From Candidatus Multivorans sp. (lineage in GTDB: Bacteria; Acidobacteriota; Thermoanaerobaculia; Multivoradales; Multivoraceae): 64,000 nt of DNA. A program made the translations under genes and the position numbers. The notes under the pieces were generated by a model. The model was not told the origin of the DNA. It did no database searches and saw nothing but the letters and a program-made list of their open reading frames with translations. Below are positions 37,955-48,051 of the stretch, piece by piece; the stretch's first letter is position 1; every line of letters starts with the position of its first letter. The stretch is taken from assembly GCA_965224025.1 (NCBI GenBank), contig OZ245033.1, positions 3,840,001 to 3,904,000 on the forward strand. Direction: 5' to 3'.

Positions 37955-39655
37955 ATGAGCGTGCCAGCGATCCGTCCCCGACACACCCCCAAGCGCGGCG
38001 GCGACGTTCTGCTCGATGCCCTGTCCGAGTACGGCGTCCCCTTCCTGTTCGGCAACCCGGGCACCACCGAGAGCCCCCTGATGGACCGCCTCGGCGACCA
38101 TCCGGACCTGAACTACGTGCTCGCCCTGCACGAGTCCGTGGCTCTCGGCGCGGCCCATTACTACGCGCAGTCGACCGGCATCACGGGGGTCGTCAACCTG
38201 CACGTGGCGCCGGGGCTCGGCAACGGTCTCGGCATGCTCTACAACGCCTGGGAGGCGAACAGCCCGATGGTGATCACGGCCGGCCAGCAGGACACGCGCT
38301 CCAGGCTGCGCGAACCTCTTCTCGGCCACGATCTGGTGGCGATGGCGGCGCCCCTGGTCAAGTGGAGCGTGCAGGTCGAGCACGCGGACGAGTTCGCGCC
38401 GGTGCTGCACCGCGCCTTCAAGACCGCGCACGATCCGCCGGCCGGCCCGGTGTTCGTCGCCCTGCCGATCAACGTCCTGGAGCAGGAGACGCTGGAAGAA
38501 GTCCGGCCCCTTGGCGACCTCTACCGTGCGCCACAGCCCGAGGCCGCCGCCGTCGAGGCTCTGGCGGCTGCCCTGCTGCGAGCTGAACGTCCCGCGATCG
38601 TGGTCGGCGACGGCGTGGCCCGCAGCAACGCCCAGGATGAGCTGGTTGGCCTCGCCGAGTTTCTCGGCGCCGGGGTCTATCCCGAGGGCCTGATGCAACG
38701 CGTGAACTTCCCCCAGAGCCATCCCTGCTTCCGGCCGCGGATGCCGCTCAACCACGCCGGTATCCGGCACGCGCTCGGCGGCGCGGACGCCGTCCTTCTC
38801 GTCGGCGGCTCCTTCTTCGAGGAAGTCTGGTTCGACCCCGATTCGCCCTTCCCGCCCGAGGCGACCGTGCTCCAGATCGAGGACGCCCCCAGCCGGCTCG
38901 CGTTCAACTTCGCGGTCGACGCAGGCGTGATCTCCGATCCCCGCGCCGGGCTGGCAGCTCTCCGCGAGGTTCTGGAGACCACGGCCGACGCGGGCCTTCG
39001 CACCGCCGCCTCCGAGCGGATGGACGCCCTGCGGGCCGGTACTGCCGGCGCTCATGCCGCACGCCAGAAGCGCCTTGCCGCCCACTTCAACGACGCCCCC
39101 ATGTCGCCGGCCCGGCTCATGTCCGAGGTCGCCAAGGCCGTCCCCGACGATGCCGTCGTGGTCAACGAGTCGATCACCGCAGGCGGCGACCTGCTCGGCT
39201 TCCTGCCCATCGACGACCCCGACCGCTACTGCGGCACCCGCGGCGGCGGCATCGGACAGGGGCTCGTCGGCGGCATCGGCGCCTCGCTCGCGCATCCCGA
39301 GCGGCCGGTCATCGTCTTCTCGGGCGACGGCTCGGCGATGTACTCGATCCAGGCGCTCTGGACCGCGGCCCACTACGACATGCCGATCGTGTTCCTGATT
39401 CTGCACAACCGCGAGTACAAGATCCTCAAGATCAACATGGACATCTACCGGGAACGCTTCGGCGTCCCGGCGGAGCGGCCGTACCCCCACATGAACCTGA
39501 CCGAGCCGGAGCTCGACTTCGTCGAAATGGCGGCCGGCATGGGGGTCCCGGGACGCCGGATCGAGGATCCGGCCGAGGTCGAGGACGCGGTGCGGGAAGC
39601 GTTCGCCACTGGCGGTCCGTACGTCCTCGACGTGGTCATCGGCGGGCGGATCTGA
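37955..39655 (+). CDS. thiamine-diphosphate-dependent enzyme (benzoylformate decarboxylase-like)
   Basis: FGNPGTTE, LHE, NLH..PG.GN, GDGS...N ThDP motif. Confidence 0.85.
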   Translation: MSVPAIRPRHTPKRGGDVLLDALSEYGVPFLFGNPGTTESPLMDRLGDHPDLNYVLALHESVALGAAHYYAQSTGITGVVNLHVAPGLGNGLGMLYNAWEANSPMVITAGQQDTRSRLREPLLGHDLVAMAAPLVKWSVQVEHADEFAPVLHRAFKTAHDPPAGPVFVALPINVLEQETLEEVRPLGDLYRAPQPEAAAVEALAAALLRAERPAIVVGDGVARSNAQDELVGLAEFLGAGVYPEGLMQRVNFPQSHPCFRPRMPLNHAGIRHALGGADAVLLVGGSFFEEVWFDPDSPFPPEATVLQIEDAPSRLAFNFAVDAGVISDPRAGLAALREVLETTADAGLRTAASERMDALRAGTAGAHAARQKRLAAHFNDAPMSPARLMSEVAKAVPDDAVVVNESITAGGDLLGFLPIDDPDRYCGTRGGGIGQGLVGGIGASLAHPERPVIVFSGDGSAMYSIQALWTAAHYDMPIVFLILHNREYKILKINMDIYRERFGVPAERPYPHMNLTEPELDFVEMAAGMGVPGRRIEDPAEVEDAVREAFATGGPYVLDVVIGGRI

Positions 39656-39761
39656 CCCGCGAACACCCGCGGTTCATGTTGTATGCTCTTTCGCCCAAGC
39701 TGAAGACAGCCTGGAGGCAGCACCTCCCCTAGCACCACTCCCCCAACGGAGGTTGGAGATC

Positions 39762-40451
39762 ATGGATGAGCTGAGAGAAGACACGTTCCTGCAGGACGAC
39801 CTGCTCGAGGATCTGCGGGAGGAGGACCTCGACTCCGAGGCCGAAAGCTCGGGCGAGGGCCTTTCGAACGTCAGCCGACGGACCTTCATCCAGGGTTCGG
39901 TCGCCACCGGCGCCGCCGTCACCCTGGCGGGAGGAAACCTGCTGCAGCCGGATGTGCTGCACGCCGCGACCGAGCCGGTCGGCAGCACGATCAGCCTCCG
40001 CGTGAACGGCGACACCCACGAACTTGAGGTGGAGCCGCAGGACACGCTGGCCATGGTGCTGCGCTTCAAGCTGAACCTGACCGGCACCAAGCTCGGCTGC
40101 GACCGGGCCGAGTGCGGCGCCTGCACGGTGCTGATCGACGACGTGCCCCACTACGGCTGCTCGATCCTGGTCCACCAAGTGCGCGGCCGCGAGGTCACGA
40201 CAGTCGAGGGTCTGGAGCAGGACGGCGTCCTCCACCCGGTCCAGCAGGCCGTCCTCGACGAGATGGGCTTCCAGTGCGCCTTCTGCGCTCCCGGCTTCAT
40301 CATGAGCATGGCGGGCCTGGTCAAGGCGAGCCCGAACGCCACCCGCGCGGACGCCCGGAAGTGGCTCGCCGGCCACATCTGCCGCTGCGGCGACTACAAC
40401 AAGATCCTGAACACCGCCGAACGCGCGCTCGAGAACGCGCGCATCGCCTGA
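39762..40451 (+). CDS. 2Fe-2S subunit of a xanthine/aldehyde oxidoreductase (PaoA-like) with Tat motif
   Basis: SRRTFIQG, GCDRAECGAC, QCAFC, CRC. Confidence 0.9.
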   Translation: MDELREDTFLQDDLLEDLREEDLDSEAESSGEGLSNVSRRTFIQGSVATGAAVTLAGGNLLQPDVLHAATEPVGSTISLRVNGDTHELEVEPQDTLAMVLRFKLNLTGTKLGCDRAECGACTVLIDDVPHYGCSILVHQVRGREVTTVEGLEQDGVLHPVQQAVLDEMGFQCAFCAPGFIMSMAGLVKASPNATRADARKWLAGHICRCGDYNKILNTAERALENARIA

Positions 40452-40465
40452 TCTGAGGAGCAAAG

Positions 40466-42919
40466 ATGGCCAAGACGACACTCGTAGGCACCGACTACGC
40501 TCCACCCGATCTGATCGAAAAGATCACCGGTCGCGCCAAGTACGCCGAGGACTGGCGTGAAGAGGGCATGCTGTTCGCCAAGCAGTTGCTCTCGCCGATG
40601 CCCCATGCCCGGGTGCGGAACATCGACGCCTCGGCGGCGCTCGAGATGGAAGGCGTCGAAGCGGTGCTCACCGCCGACGATCTCGCCGAGTTCATGGGCG
40701 AGCCGGATCCGCTGGGTGAGCGCGCCTTGACCAACCATCCCAAGTACGAGGGCGAACCGGTGCTCGCCGTCGCCGCGGTGAGCGAGAAGATCGCCGCCGA
40801 CGCGATCGAGAAGATTCAGGTCGACTTCGAGCCGCTGCCGTTCGCGCTCGACCCGCTGGACACGATCGCGCCGGGCGGGGCGAACTCCCTGACCGACGGC
40901 AACAGCATCGACCGCCAGCGCAGCGACACCGGCATGGAAACGGTGGTCGAGCGCGTCGAGTGGACGGCCGAGGATCTTGCCACGGCGCGGGGCACGAACG
41001 GTGAGAAGGGCAAGATGCCGGAGGGCGTGTTCCAGGACGAGTGGACGAACGGCGACCTGGAGAAGGGCTTCGCCGACGCCGACTACATCATCGAAGAGCC
41101 GCTCTTCTTCCAGTCGGTGACCCATCACCCCATGGAGCCGCGGAGCTGCATGGCGCACTGGGACGGCGACATCTGCCACCTCTACCCGTCGACCCAGAGC
41201 GTCGCCTTCACGGTGCTCGCGGCCCAGGGAACGATCGGCGTGCCGCCGCAGAACCTGATCGTCCACGCCGAGTACACCGGCGGCGGCTTCGGCAGCAAGA
41301 TCGTCGGTTCGAGCAACATGGCGGTGCCGGTCTACCTGGCCAAGAAGACCGGCAAGCCGGTGCTGCACCGGGTCACCCGCTACGAGGAGAACTACATCGG
41401 CCGCGCCCGCCCCGGCTTCCAGGGTTGGGCCAGGATCGGCTTCAAGAACAACGGTCGCATCTCCGCCTTCGACTGGGCGGTGATCCAGGACAACGGTCCC
41501 TACGGGCGTCAGAGCGACATGGGCACCTCGGGCAACATGGTGTCCCTCACCTACCAGCCCGAGAACATGCGTCACCGCGGCCTTTCGATCGCCACGAACA
41601 CGCCGCCGCGCGCGCCGCAACGGGCGCCGGGCGGAGTCCAGATGTCGGCCATGGTCGAGCCCCTGCTCGATCGCGCCGCGGACCACCTCGGCATCGACCG
41701 GCTGGAGATCCGGCGCATCAACATCGCGAAGAACGGCGCCAGGTTCGGCGCCCAGGAAGGCCGCAACGTGACTACCGCCTACGTCACGGAGGCCTGGGAC
41801 AAGTTGACCGAGATGATCGACTGGGAGGACGCCAAGGCGCGTAGTGGGGAAACCAGCGGGTCGAAGGTCACCGGCGTCGGCATCGCCAGTTCGACCTACA
41901 CCGCCGGCTCGAGCGGCTTCGACGGCCTGATGCTGATCACCCCGGAAGGCCGGCTCGAGATCCACACCGGGATCGGCAACCTCGGCACCCACTCCTTCTC
42001 CGACACCGCGCGTGTCGCCGCCGACCTGCTCGACGTGCCGTGGGAGAAGGTCGACATGGTCTGGGGTCAGACGGGCGAAGGCATACCCCACACCTGCGTG
42101 CAGGCGGGCAGCCAGACGACCCACGCGATCACGCGTGCGACCCACGCGGCAGCCACCGACATGAAGACGAAGCTGCAGGAGATCGCCGCCAGGACGCACG
42201 GAGGCTCCGCCTCTCGGTACGTCGTGGCCGGTGAGCGCGTCTACCAGCGCGGCAACCGGGCCGCGGGCATGAGCCTGGCCCAGGGCGCCGGCAAGGCGAT
42301 CGAGATGGGCGGCCGGTACGACGGCACGGAGCTCAACGAGGGGCTGAGCCCGATCACGATTGGCGGCGCGGCGATCCTCAAGGGCAAGGGTCTTCTCGCG
42401 GCGGCCAAGGACAACTACGGCCGCGCCGGCGATGTCTACTCATGGGTCGTCGCCTACGCGGAGATCGAGCTCGACAAGGAAACCGGCGTCATCGAGCTGA
42501 AGGACTACAAGGCGGTCACCGACTGCGGCACGGTGCTCAACCCCCGCAGCCTCGGCGGCCAGCTCCACGGCGGCGCCGTCCAGGGCTTCGGCTGCGCGGT
42601 CGGCCAGAAGTGGGTCTACGACCCGCAGTGGGGCATCCCCTTCGCGAACCGCTTCTACACCGCCCGGCCGGCAACCATCCTCGACGTGCCGCTTTCGATG
42701 GACTGGGACGCGGTGGGCGAGCCGGACCCGAACAACCCGGTGGGCGCCAAGGGCATCGGCGAGCCGCCCATGGGCGCCGGCTGCGCCTCACTGCTCTGCG
42801 CCATCCAGGATGCCCTCGGTCAGGACACGGTGGCCTATCTACCGCTCATGACCGACCACATCATCAACCAGCTCGAAGGCCGCGAACAGGACGCCGAGTT
42901 CCTGGCCGCGCACACCTGA
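40466..42919 (+). CDS. molybdopterin-binding subunit, xanthine dehydrogenase family
   Basis: TGRAKY, GGGFGSK, RAPG, GAKGIGEP. Confidence 0.92.
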   Translation: MAKTTLVGTDYAPPDLIEKITGRAKYAEDWREEGMLFAKQLLSPMPHARVRNIDASAALEMEGVEAVLTADDLAEFMGEPDPLGERALTNHPKYEGEPVLAVAAVSEKIAADAIEKIQVDFEPLPFALDPLDTIAPGGANSLTDGNSIDRQRSDTGMETVVERVEWTAEDLATARGTNGEKGKMPEGVFQDEWTNGDLEKGFADADYIIEEPLFFQSVTHHPMEPRSCMAHWDGDICHLYPSTQSVAFTVLAAQGTIGVPPQNLIVHAEYTGGGFGSKIVGSSNMAVPVYLAKKTGKPVLHRVTRYEENYIGRARPGFQGWARIGFKNNGRISAFDWAVIQDNGPYGRQSDMGTSGNMVSLTYQPENMRHRGLSIATNTPPRAPQRAPGGVQMSAMVEPLLDRAADHLGIDRLEIRRINIAKNGARFGAQEGRNVTTAYVTEAWDKLTEMIDWEDAKARSGETSGSKVTGVGIASSTYTAGSSGFDGLMLITPEGRLEIHTGIGNLGTHSFSDTARVAADLLDVPWEKVDMVWGQTGEGIPHTCVQAGSQTTHAITRATHAAATDMKTKLQEIAARTHGGSASRYVVAGERVYQRGNRAAGMSLAQGAGKAIEMGGRYDGTELNEGLSPITIGGAAILKGKGLLAAAKDNYGRAGDVYSWVVAYAEIELDKETGVIELKDYKAVTDCGTVLNPRSLGGQLHGGAVQGFGCAVGQKWVYDPQWGIPFANRFYTARPATILDVPLSMDWDAVGEPDPNNPVGAKGIGEPPMGAGCASLLCAIQDALGQDTVAYLPLMTDHIINQLEGREQDAEFLAAHT

Positions 42920-42983
42920 TCGGCTCGGATCGCCACAGACCGGATCAGCGCGATCTGATCAGCGAAAGGGAGGAAACCACAGC

Positions 42984-43988
42984 ATGGCCGTCATCCACGA
43001 CATGATCCCCGACTTCGAGCTCTACCAGCCCGAGAACCTGGCCGGTGCGCTCGAAGTCCTCGACCGTCACCGCGACAAGGCCTGGGTTCTCGCCGGCGGG
43101 ATGGACACCTTCGACTGGTTCAAGGACCGGGTGAAGCGTCCCGATGCGGTCGTCGACCTCGGCGGTATCCCGGAGCTGTCCGGGATCAGCGAGACCGACG
43201 GCGGCGTCGAGATCGGGGCGATGACCCCGCTCACCGAGGTCGTCCAGAACGAGTTGATCCGCGAGCGCTACGGCCTCCTCGCCGAGGCGGCCGAGACCGT
43301 CGCCACGCCGCAGATCCGCAACCAGGGCACGCTGGGCGGGAACCTCGTCCAGGACACGCGTTGCTGGTACTACCGGGCCGGCTGGCCGTGCTACCGGGCG
43401 GGCGGCAACATCTGCTACGCGGACACGCCGGAATCGATGAACCGCGAACACTGCATCTTCGACGCGTCGCGTTGCGTCGCGGTCACCCCTTCGGACACCG
43501 CCCCGGCGCTGATCGCCCTCGACGCGGAGATGGTCATCCGCGGCCGTCGCGGCGAGCGGACGGTCGCGGCCGAGGACTTCTTCGTCGGACCGGCCATCGA
43601 CATCACCCGGATGACGGTCCTGCAGCCGAACGAGATCCTCCAGACGGTCCGGATCCCCGACACCTGGGCCGGCGCCGATTTCTACTTCGAGAAGGTCCGC
43701 GACCGGAACGCCTGGGACTTCCCGCTGGTCAACGTCGCCTCGGCGATGCGGATCGAAGACGGCGTGGTCCAGGATTGCCGACTCTCGGTCGGCGCCGTGT
43801 CGCCGGTGCCGCTCCGCATGGACCGCTGCGAGGAACTGCTGCGCGGCCAGACGATCAGCGAGGATGTCGCCACCCGGATCGCCGAACTCGGCGTCATCGG
43901 CGCAGAGCGGCTCCGCCACAACGGCTACAAGGTGCCCCTGATGAGAAACCTGATCCGCCGCGCCATCCGCGGACAGGCGCCGGTCTAG
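42984..43988 (+). CDS. FAD-binding subunit (PaoB/YagS-like, with Cys-rich 4Fe-4S insert)
   Basis: AGG.D, QIRN.GTLGGN, RCWYYR..PCY....C...H...C....SD. Confidence 0.9.
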   Translation: MAVIHDMIPDFELYQPENLAGALEVLDRHRDKAWVLAGGMDTFDWFKDRVKRPDAVVDLGGIPELSGISETDGGVEIGAMTPLTEVVQNELIRERYGLLAEAAETVATPQIRNQGTLGGNLVQDTRCWYYRAGWPCYRAGGNICYADTPESMNREHCIFDASRCVAVTPSDTAPALIALDAEMVIRGRRGERTVAAEDFFVGPAIDITRMTVLQPNEILQTVRIPDTWAGADFYFEKVRDRNAWDFPLVNVASAMRIEDGVVQDCRLSVGAVSPVPLRMDRCEELLRGQTISEDVATRIAELGVIGAERLRHNGYKVPLMRNLIRRAIRGQAPV

Positions 43989-43995
43989 ACGCCGC

Positions 43996-44814
43996 ATGCC
44001 GTTCACGGAAAGCGCCACCAACCCTTGGGGACAGGATGTCCTCATCGGGATCGACTGGAGTCTGTTCTGGATCGCGCTCGTCGCCGGCGGCGTCTTCCTG
44101 ATCCTGCACCTGGCGCTGCGGCGCCGGTGGATCGGCGCCGAGAAGAAGGCGGCGGCGAACGCACCGGACGATCCCGGCCTGCCCCAGAAGATCAAGCGTC
44201 ACAGTCTCGCCTCCCGCCTGTTCCACGCTGTGATGGGGATCTCGATGATCCTGCTGCTGATCACGGGCTTCCTGCCCAAGGTCGGCCTGGAGTTCGCGTG
44301 GCTCGAGATCCACTGGATCACCGGTCTGATCCTAACCGCCTCGATCGTCTTCCACCTCATCCACGCCACCTTCTTCCAGAGCCTGCGCAACGTCTGGGTC
44401 GGCATCAAGGATCTGGGCGACATGATCCGCGAGATGCGGAACGCGGTCAGCGGCGGTGAGCCTCCCGCCAAGCCCGGCAAGTACCCGGCGGCGCAGAAGA
44501 TGTTCCACCACGCGGCGACCCTGTTCGGAATGGCCGCCATCGTCACCGGCATCCTGATGATGTGGCGCATCGAGCAGCCGCTTTGGGCGCAGGACGACTA
44601 CAAGTTCTTCGGCGACGCCGGCTGGGGCTGGGTCTACGTCCTCCACGGCGTCGGCGGCGTCGTCCTGGTCACCCTGACCGTGGCCCACGTCTACTTCGCA
44701 ATCCTGCCCGAGAAGCGCTGGCTGACGTGGTCGATGATCCTCGGCTGGATCGACCGCAAGGACTATCTGCGGCACCACGACCCGGCCAAGTGGCCGGTCA
44801 CCGGCGGCAAGTAG
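43996..44814 (+). CDS. FdnI-like di-heme cytochrome b subunit
   Basis: RH....RLFH, four to five TM helices with His ligands, GKY..AQK. Confidence 0.82.
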   Translation: MPFTESATNPWGQDVLIGIDWSLFWIALVAGGVFLILHLALRRRWIGAEKKAAANAPDDPGLPQKIKRHSLASRLFHAVMGISMILLLITGFLPKVGLEFAWLEIHWITGLILTASIVFHLIHATFFQSLRNVWVGIKDLGDMIREMRNAVSGGEPPAKPGKYPAAQKMFHHAATLFGMAAIVTGILMMWRIEQPLWAQDDYKFFGDAGWGWVYVLHGVGGVVLVTLTVAHVYFAILPEKRWLTWSMILGWIDRKDYLRHHDPAKWPVTGGK

Positions 44815-44925
44815 ACCAGCCACCAGTCCCGATCCCATTGCTTCGCCGCTCGTTAGTATCAGGCGGAAGAAGCCCGCAGGGCTTCTAAGCGAGGAGCAAT
44901 CCTCCACCCACTCCGACTGAGGTAT

Positions 44926-46959
44926 GTGGGGATGCTCAGAACACCCGATCCAGCAGCTTCGGCCGATCATCTCGAACCTGTGACGGAGGCAGCAGCACGC
45001 CGAGTGCGGACTCCGTTCTTCCCGCCCTACGACGAGGTGCGGCACCTCCTTCAAGTGTGGGCCGGGCGGCACCGCAAGCAGGTCACTGGGCTCGAGCGAT
45101 CGCTCATGGCACTGAGAGGCACGCCTCAGGATCCCGTCGACTGGCGCGACCCGGACGCGTGGATCCCGAAGCGCCTCACGGGCGAGGACCGCGAACTGGC
45201 CCACGCCATCTGGAAAGAAAGCGTGGGTCAGGTCAACCCGCGCCACACTTACGGCCATTGGCTGCTAAGTCAGACCTATCAACTCCTTGAGAGCGGCCCG
45301 GATGGGATCTTGGCCTTGACAGAGCGAGGGAGGGCTTTTCTCGACGAGGAAGGCGGTTCCGCGGAAGTGCTTCTGGACGAGCAGGAAGGCATTCTGCACA
45401 TTCTGACTCTCGTCGATGATCTCGGCCCCACGCGACGTGCCGGACTGCTCGAGGACTGGACCGACTACCTGAATCGCTACTCGCGATTCAATGCTCCGTC
45501 GACCTACAGCGACACCCTCCGAAGGCGTCTAACCAACCTGCTTCGGCGAGCGCTCGTACGTCGAGACCGAGCCGAATACTCCATCACCGCCGCCGGCGCC
45601 GACTACCTCTTGCAACAGGGAGGTACGAGAGACCGGAAACAAAGGCAGCGGGAGCCTGTTCCGGACCACGAACTACGCGACGGCGATCGCGATTCAGGTT
45701 CCGCGGAGGCACCGCTGCTGGAAGTACGAGAAGCCGGCCGGGGTGCTCTTGCTCGCTCCACATCGGAGCGTCTTGGAAGAGCGGCCATCCTGCCCGTATC
45801 CGGCCCGTCGCCGCAAAGCGGCCTGCGCCTTGGTCCGCCTCGAGCGGACGAGGATGGCGCAGAGGTCGAGGAGGAGGGGATTGCGGACGACGAGGAACGG
45901 CCGTTCGACCCCGCGAAGATCAAGGTCCGCACCATTCCCATCGTGGTGGATCAGGTCGCCGCGCGACTCAAGTACGGCGAGATCGATTTGGCGCCCGACT
46001 TCCAGCGTCTGCGGGGCATCTGGAAGGCCAGGAACAAGAGCCGGCTGATCGAGTCGCTGCTGCTCCGCATCCCGATTCCCGTCTTCTACGTCGCCGCAGA
46101 CAACGAGGACCATTGGGCGGTGGTCGACGGGGTTCAGCGCATCTCCACGATCACCGACTACATGGACGGCAAGTTCCCGCTCCGGCAGCTCGAGTACCGG
46201 ACCGAGCTGAACGGGAGGCACTTCGCCGACCTTCCGCGCAACATGCAGCGGCGGATCAGCGAGACCCAGCTCACGGTCAACGTGATCGAACCGGGTACGC
46301 CGCCCGAAGTCATGTTCAACATCTTCCGCCGCATCAACACCGGAGGCGAGCCCCTGACCGCTCAGGAGATTCGTCACGCGCTCCACCAGGGCCCGGCTCG
46401 CCCGTTCCTGAAGCGGCTAGCCGAGTCCCAGGCGTTTCTGGAGGCGACGAACGGGAGCATCAGCCCGAGAAGGATGGCCGACCGCGAGTGTGTTCTGCGC
46501 TTCCTGGCATTCCACATCAGGCCGTGGGAGGACTATCGCGCCGACTCCCTGAACGGTTTCCTCGGGGACACGATGCGCCGGATCAATGGGGCCGCCGCGG
46601 ACCAGCGAACGCGCTGGGAGCAGGACTTCGAGAAGGCGATGCGAGCGGCCCGCGCCATATTCCGCGACGACGCCTTCCGCAAACGATACGACCCGCACCA
46701 CAAGAAGTTCCCCGTCAGCAAGCCCCTCTTCGAAGCCTGGAGCGTCACCTTGGCCAGGTGCTCCAGCGACGAGGTCCGCCGTCTGGCCTCGTTGCGGCAC
46801 CCCGTCCGGGATCGGTTCATGGACCTCCTCAACGGGGACTCAGCGTTCGAGCAGGCGGTCTCGCTCTCGACGGACCAGCGACGACGGATCACGAAGCGAT
46901 TCGGCGCGGTCCAGAATGTGGTGCAGGAGGTCCTCCGATGCTCCAACGAATCCGACTGA
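44926..46959 (+). CDS. DUF262 (ParB-like) protein with long N-terminal extension; Menshen NsnA-like
   Basis: PDFQR...W, SRLIESLLL.IPIP, VVDGVQR, F.RINTGG motifs from about residue 330; start uncertain (GTG 44926 or ATG 44932). Confidence 0.85.
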   Translation: MGMLRTPDPAASADHLEPVTEAAARRVRTPFFPPYDEVRHLLQVWAGRHRKQVTGLERSLMALRGTPQDPVDWRDPDAWIPKRLTGEDRELAHAIWKESVGQVNPRHTYGHWLLSQTYQLLESGPDGILALTERGRAFLDEEGGSAEVLLDEQEGILHILTLVDDLGPTRRAGLLEDWTDYLNRYSRFNAPSTYSDTLRRRLTNLLRRALVRRDRAEYSITAAGADYLLQQGGTRDRKQRQREPVPDHELRDGDRDSGSAEAPLLEVREAGRGALARSTSERLGRAAILPVSGPSPQSGLRLGPPRADEDGAEVEEEGIADDEERPFDPAKIKVRTIPIVVDQVAARLKYGEIDLAPDFQRLRGIWKARNKSRLIESLLLRIPIPVFYVAADNEDHWAVVDGVQRISTITDYMDGKFPLRQLEYRTELNGRHFADLPRNMQRRISETQLTVNVIEPGTPPEVMFNIFRRINTGGEPLTAQEIRHALHQGPARPFLKRLAESQAFLEATNGSISPRRMADRECVLRFLAFHIRPWEDYRADSLNGFLGDTMRRINGAAADQRTRWEQDFEKAMRAARAIFRDDAFRKRYDPHHKKFPVSKPLFEAWSVTLARCSSDEVRRLASLRHPVRDRFMDLLNGDSAFEQAVSLSTDQRRRITKRFGAVQNVVQEVLRCSNESD

Positions 46960-48050
46960 CGAACTTCAAGTGCTTCGAGGAGCTTGACCTCCCCTGCGCT
47001 CCCCTCACGCTCCTTTGCGGCCTGAACGGCATGGGCAAGAGCAGCGTGATCCAGGGCCTCCTCGTACTGCGCCAGTCCTTTCGCACTGGCGAGCTGCACC
47101 AGGGTCACCTGGTCCTCGGAGGAACCCTGACCGACCTGGGCGCGGGGTCCGACGTTCTGTTCGAGGACGCGACCAGCGACGTGGTCGGTCTGGAACTGGA
47201 GGACGACCAAGCGGGCGCTTGGCGGGCCGAGTTCGCCAGCGCCGCTGCGAGCGACCAGTTGACCACACCCGAAGGCATGCGCATACCTGAGGTTGCGGAA
47301 GCCTGGACCGACACGCCACCCTTCGGCGGTGGGTTCGCCTACATCCAGGCGGAGCGGCTGGGACCGAGAAAGTCCTACCCGCTGTCCGAAGTCTCTGGCA
47401 GGCGAAGAGATCTCGGCCAACGAGGCGAGTTCGCCTGGAACTACCTCAACGAGCACAGCCGCGAACTTCTTCAAGAGGACGACCCGCGCAGAGGCGGCGA
47501 CAGCCGCCGCCTCTCGGAGGTAGCCGACGCATGGCTTCAAGAAGTCAGCCCCGGCGCACATCTGCTTCTGGACAGCGTCGCGCCAATGGACGCTGTCATG
47601 GCCGGCTTCAGCTTCGACCGCCCGGGCGACGTTGAAAGCGGGCCGCATCGCGCAACAAACGTTGGATTCGGATTGTCCTACGCCCTGCCGGTCATCGTCG
47701 CTCTCCTGCTACCGCCCGGCGCTCTGTGCCTCATCGAGAACCCGGAGGCTCACCTGCACCCTCGCGGCCAGACGAAACTCGCGGAGCTCGCCGTACGCGC
47801 CGCGTTGGCCGGGAATCAGGTCGTCATCGAGACGCACAGCGACCACTTCGTGGACGGCGTCCGCATCGCGGTGCACGACGGTCGGCTGCCGCCATCGGCG
47901 GTCGCCATTCACTACTTCGAGCGTCACGACGGGAGGGTCGCCGTGTCCTCGCCGGCACTTGATGAGGACGGTCGGCTTTCGCATTGGCCCAGCGGCTTCT
48001 TCGATCAGCACGAGGAGAATCTGGCTCGCCTCCTCCAGCCGAGGAGCTGA
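46938..48050 (+). CDS. ABC-type ATPase with DUF3696; Menshen NsnB-like
   Basis: NFKCF, Walker A GLNGMGKS, VGFGLSY signature, IENPEAHLHP..Q, ETHSDH, WP.GFFDQ; AGGAGG RBS. Confidence 0.88.
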   Translation: MLQRIRLTNFKCFEELDLPCAPLTLLCGLNGMGKSSVIQGLLVLRQSFRTGELHQGHLVLGGTLTDLGAGSDVLFEDATSDVVGLELEDDQAGAWRAEFASAAASDQLTTPEGMRIPEVAEAWTDTPPFGGGFAYIQAERLGPRKSYPLSEVSGRRRDLGQRGEFAWNYLNEHSRELLQEDDPRRGGDSRRLSEVADAWLQEVSPGAHLLLDSVAPMDAVMAGFSFDRPGDVESGPHRATNVGFGLSYALPVIVALLLPPGALCLIENPEAHLHPRGQTKLAELAVRAALAGNQVVIETHSDHFVDGVRIAVHDGRLPPSAVAIHYFERHDGRVAVSSPALDEDGRLSHWPSGFFDQHEENLARLLQPRS

Positions 48051-48051
48051 C

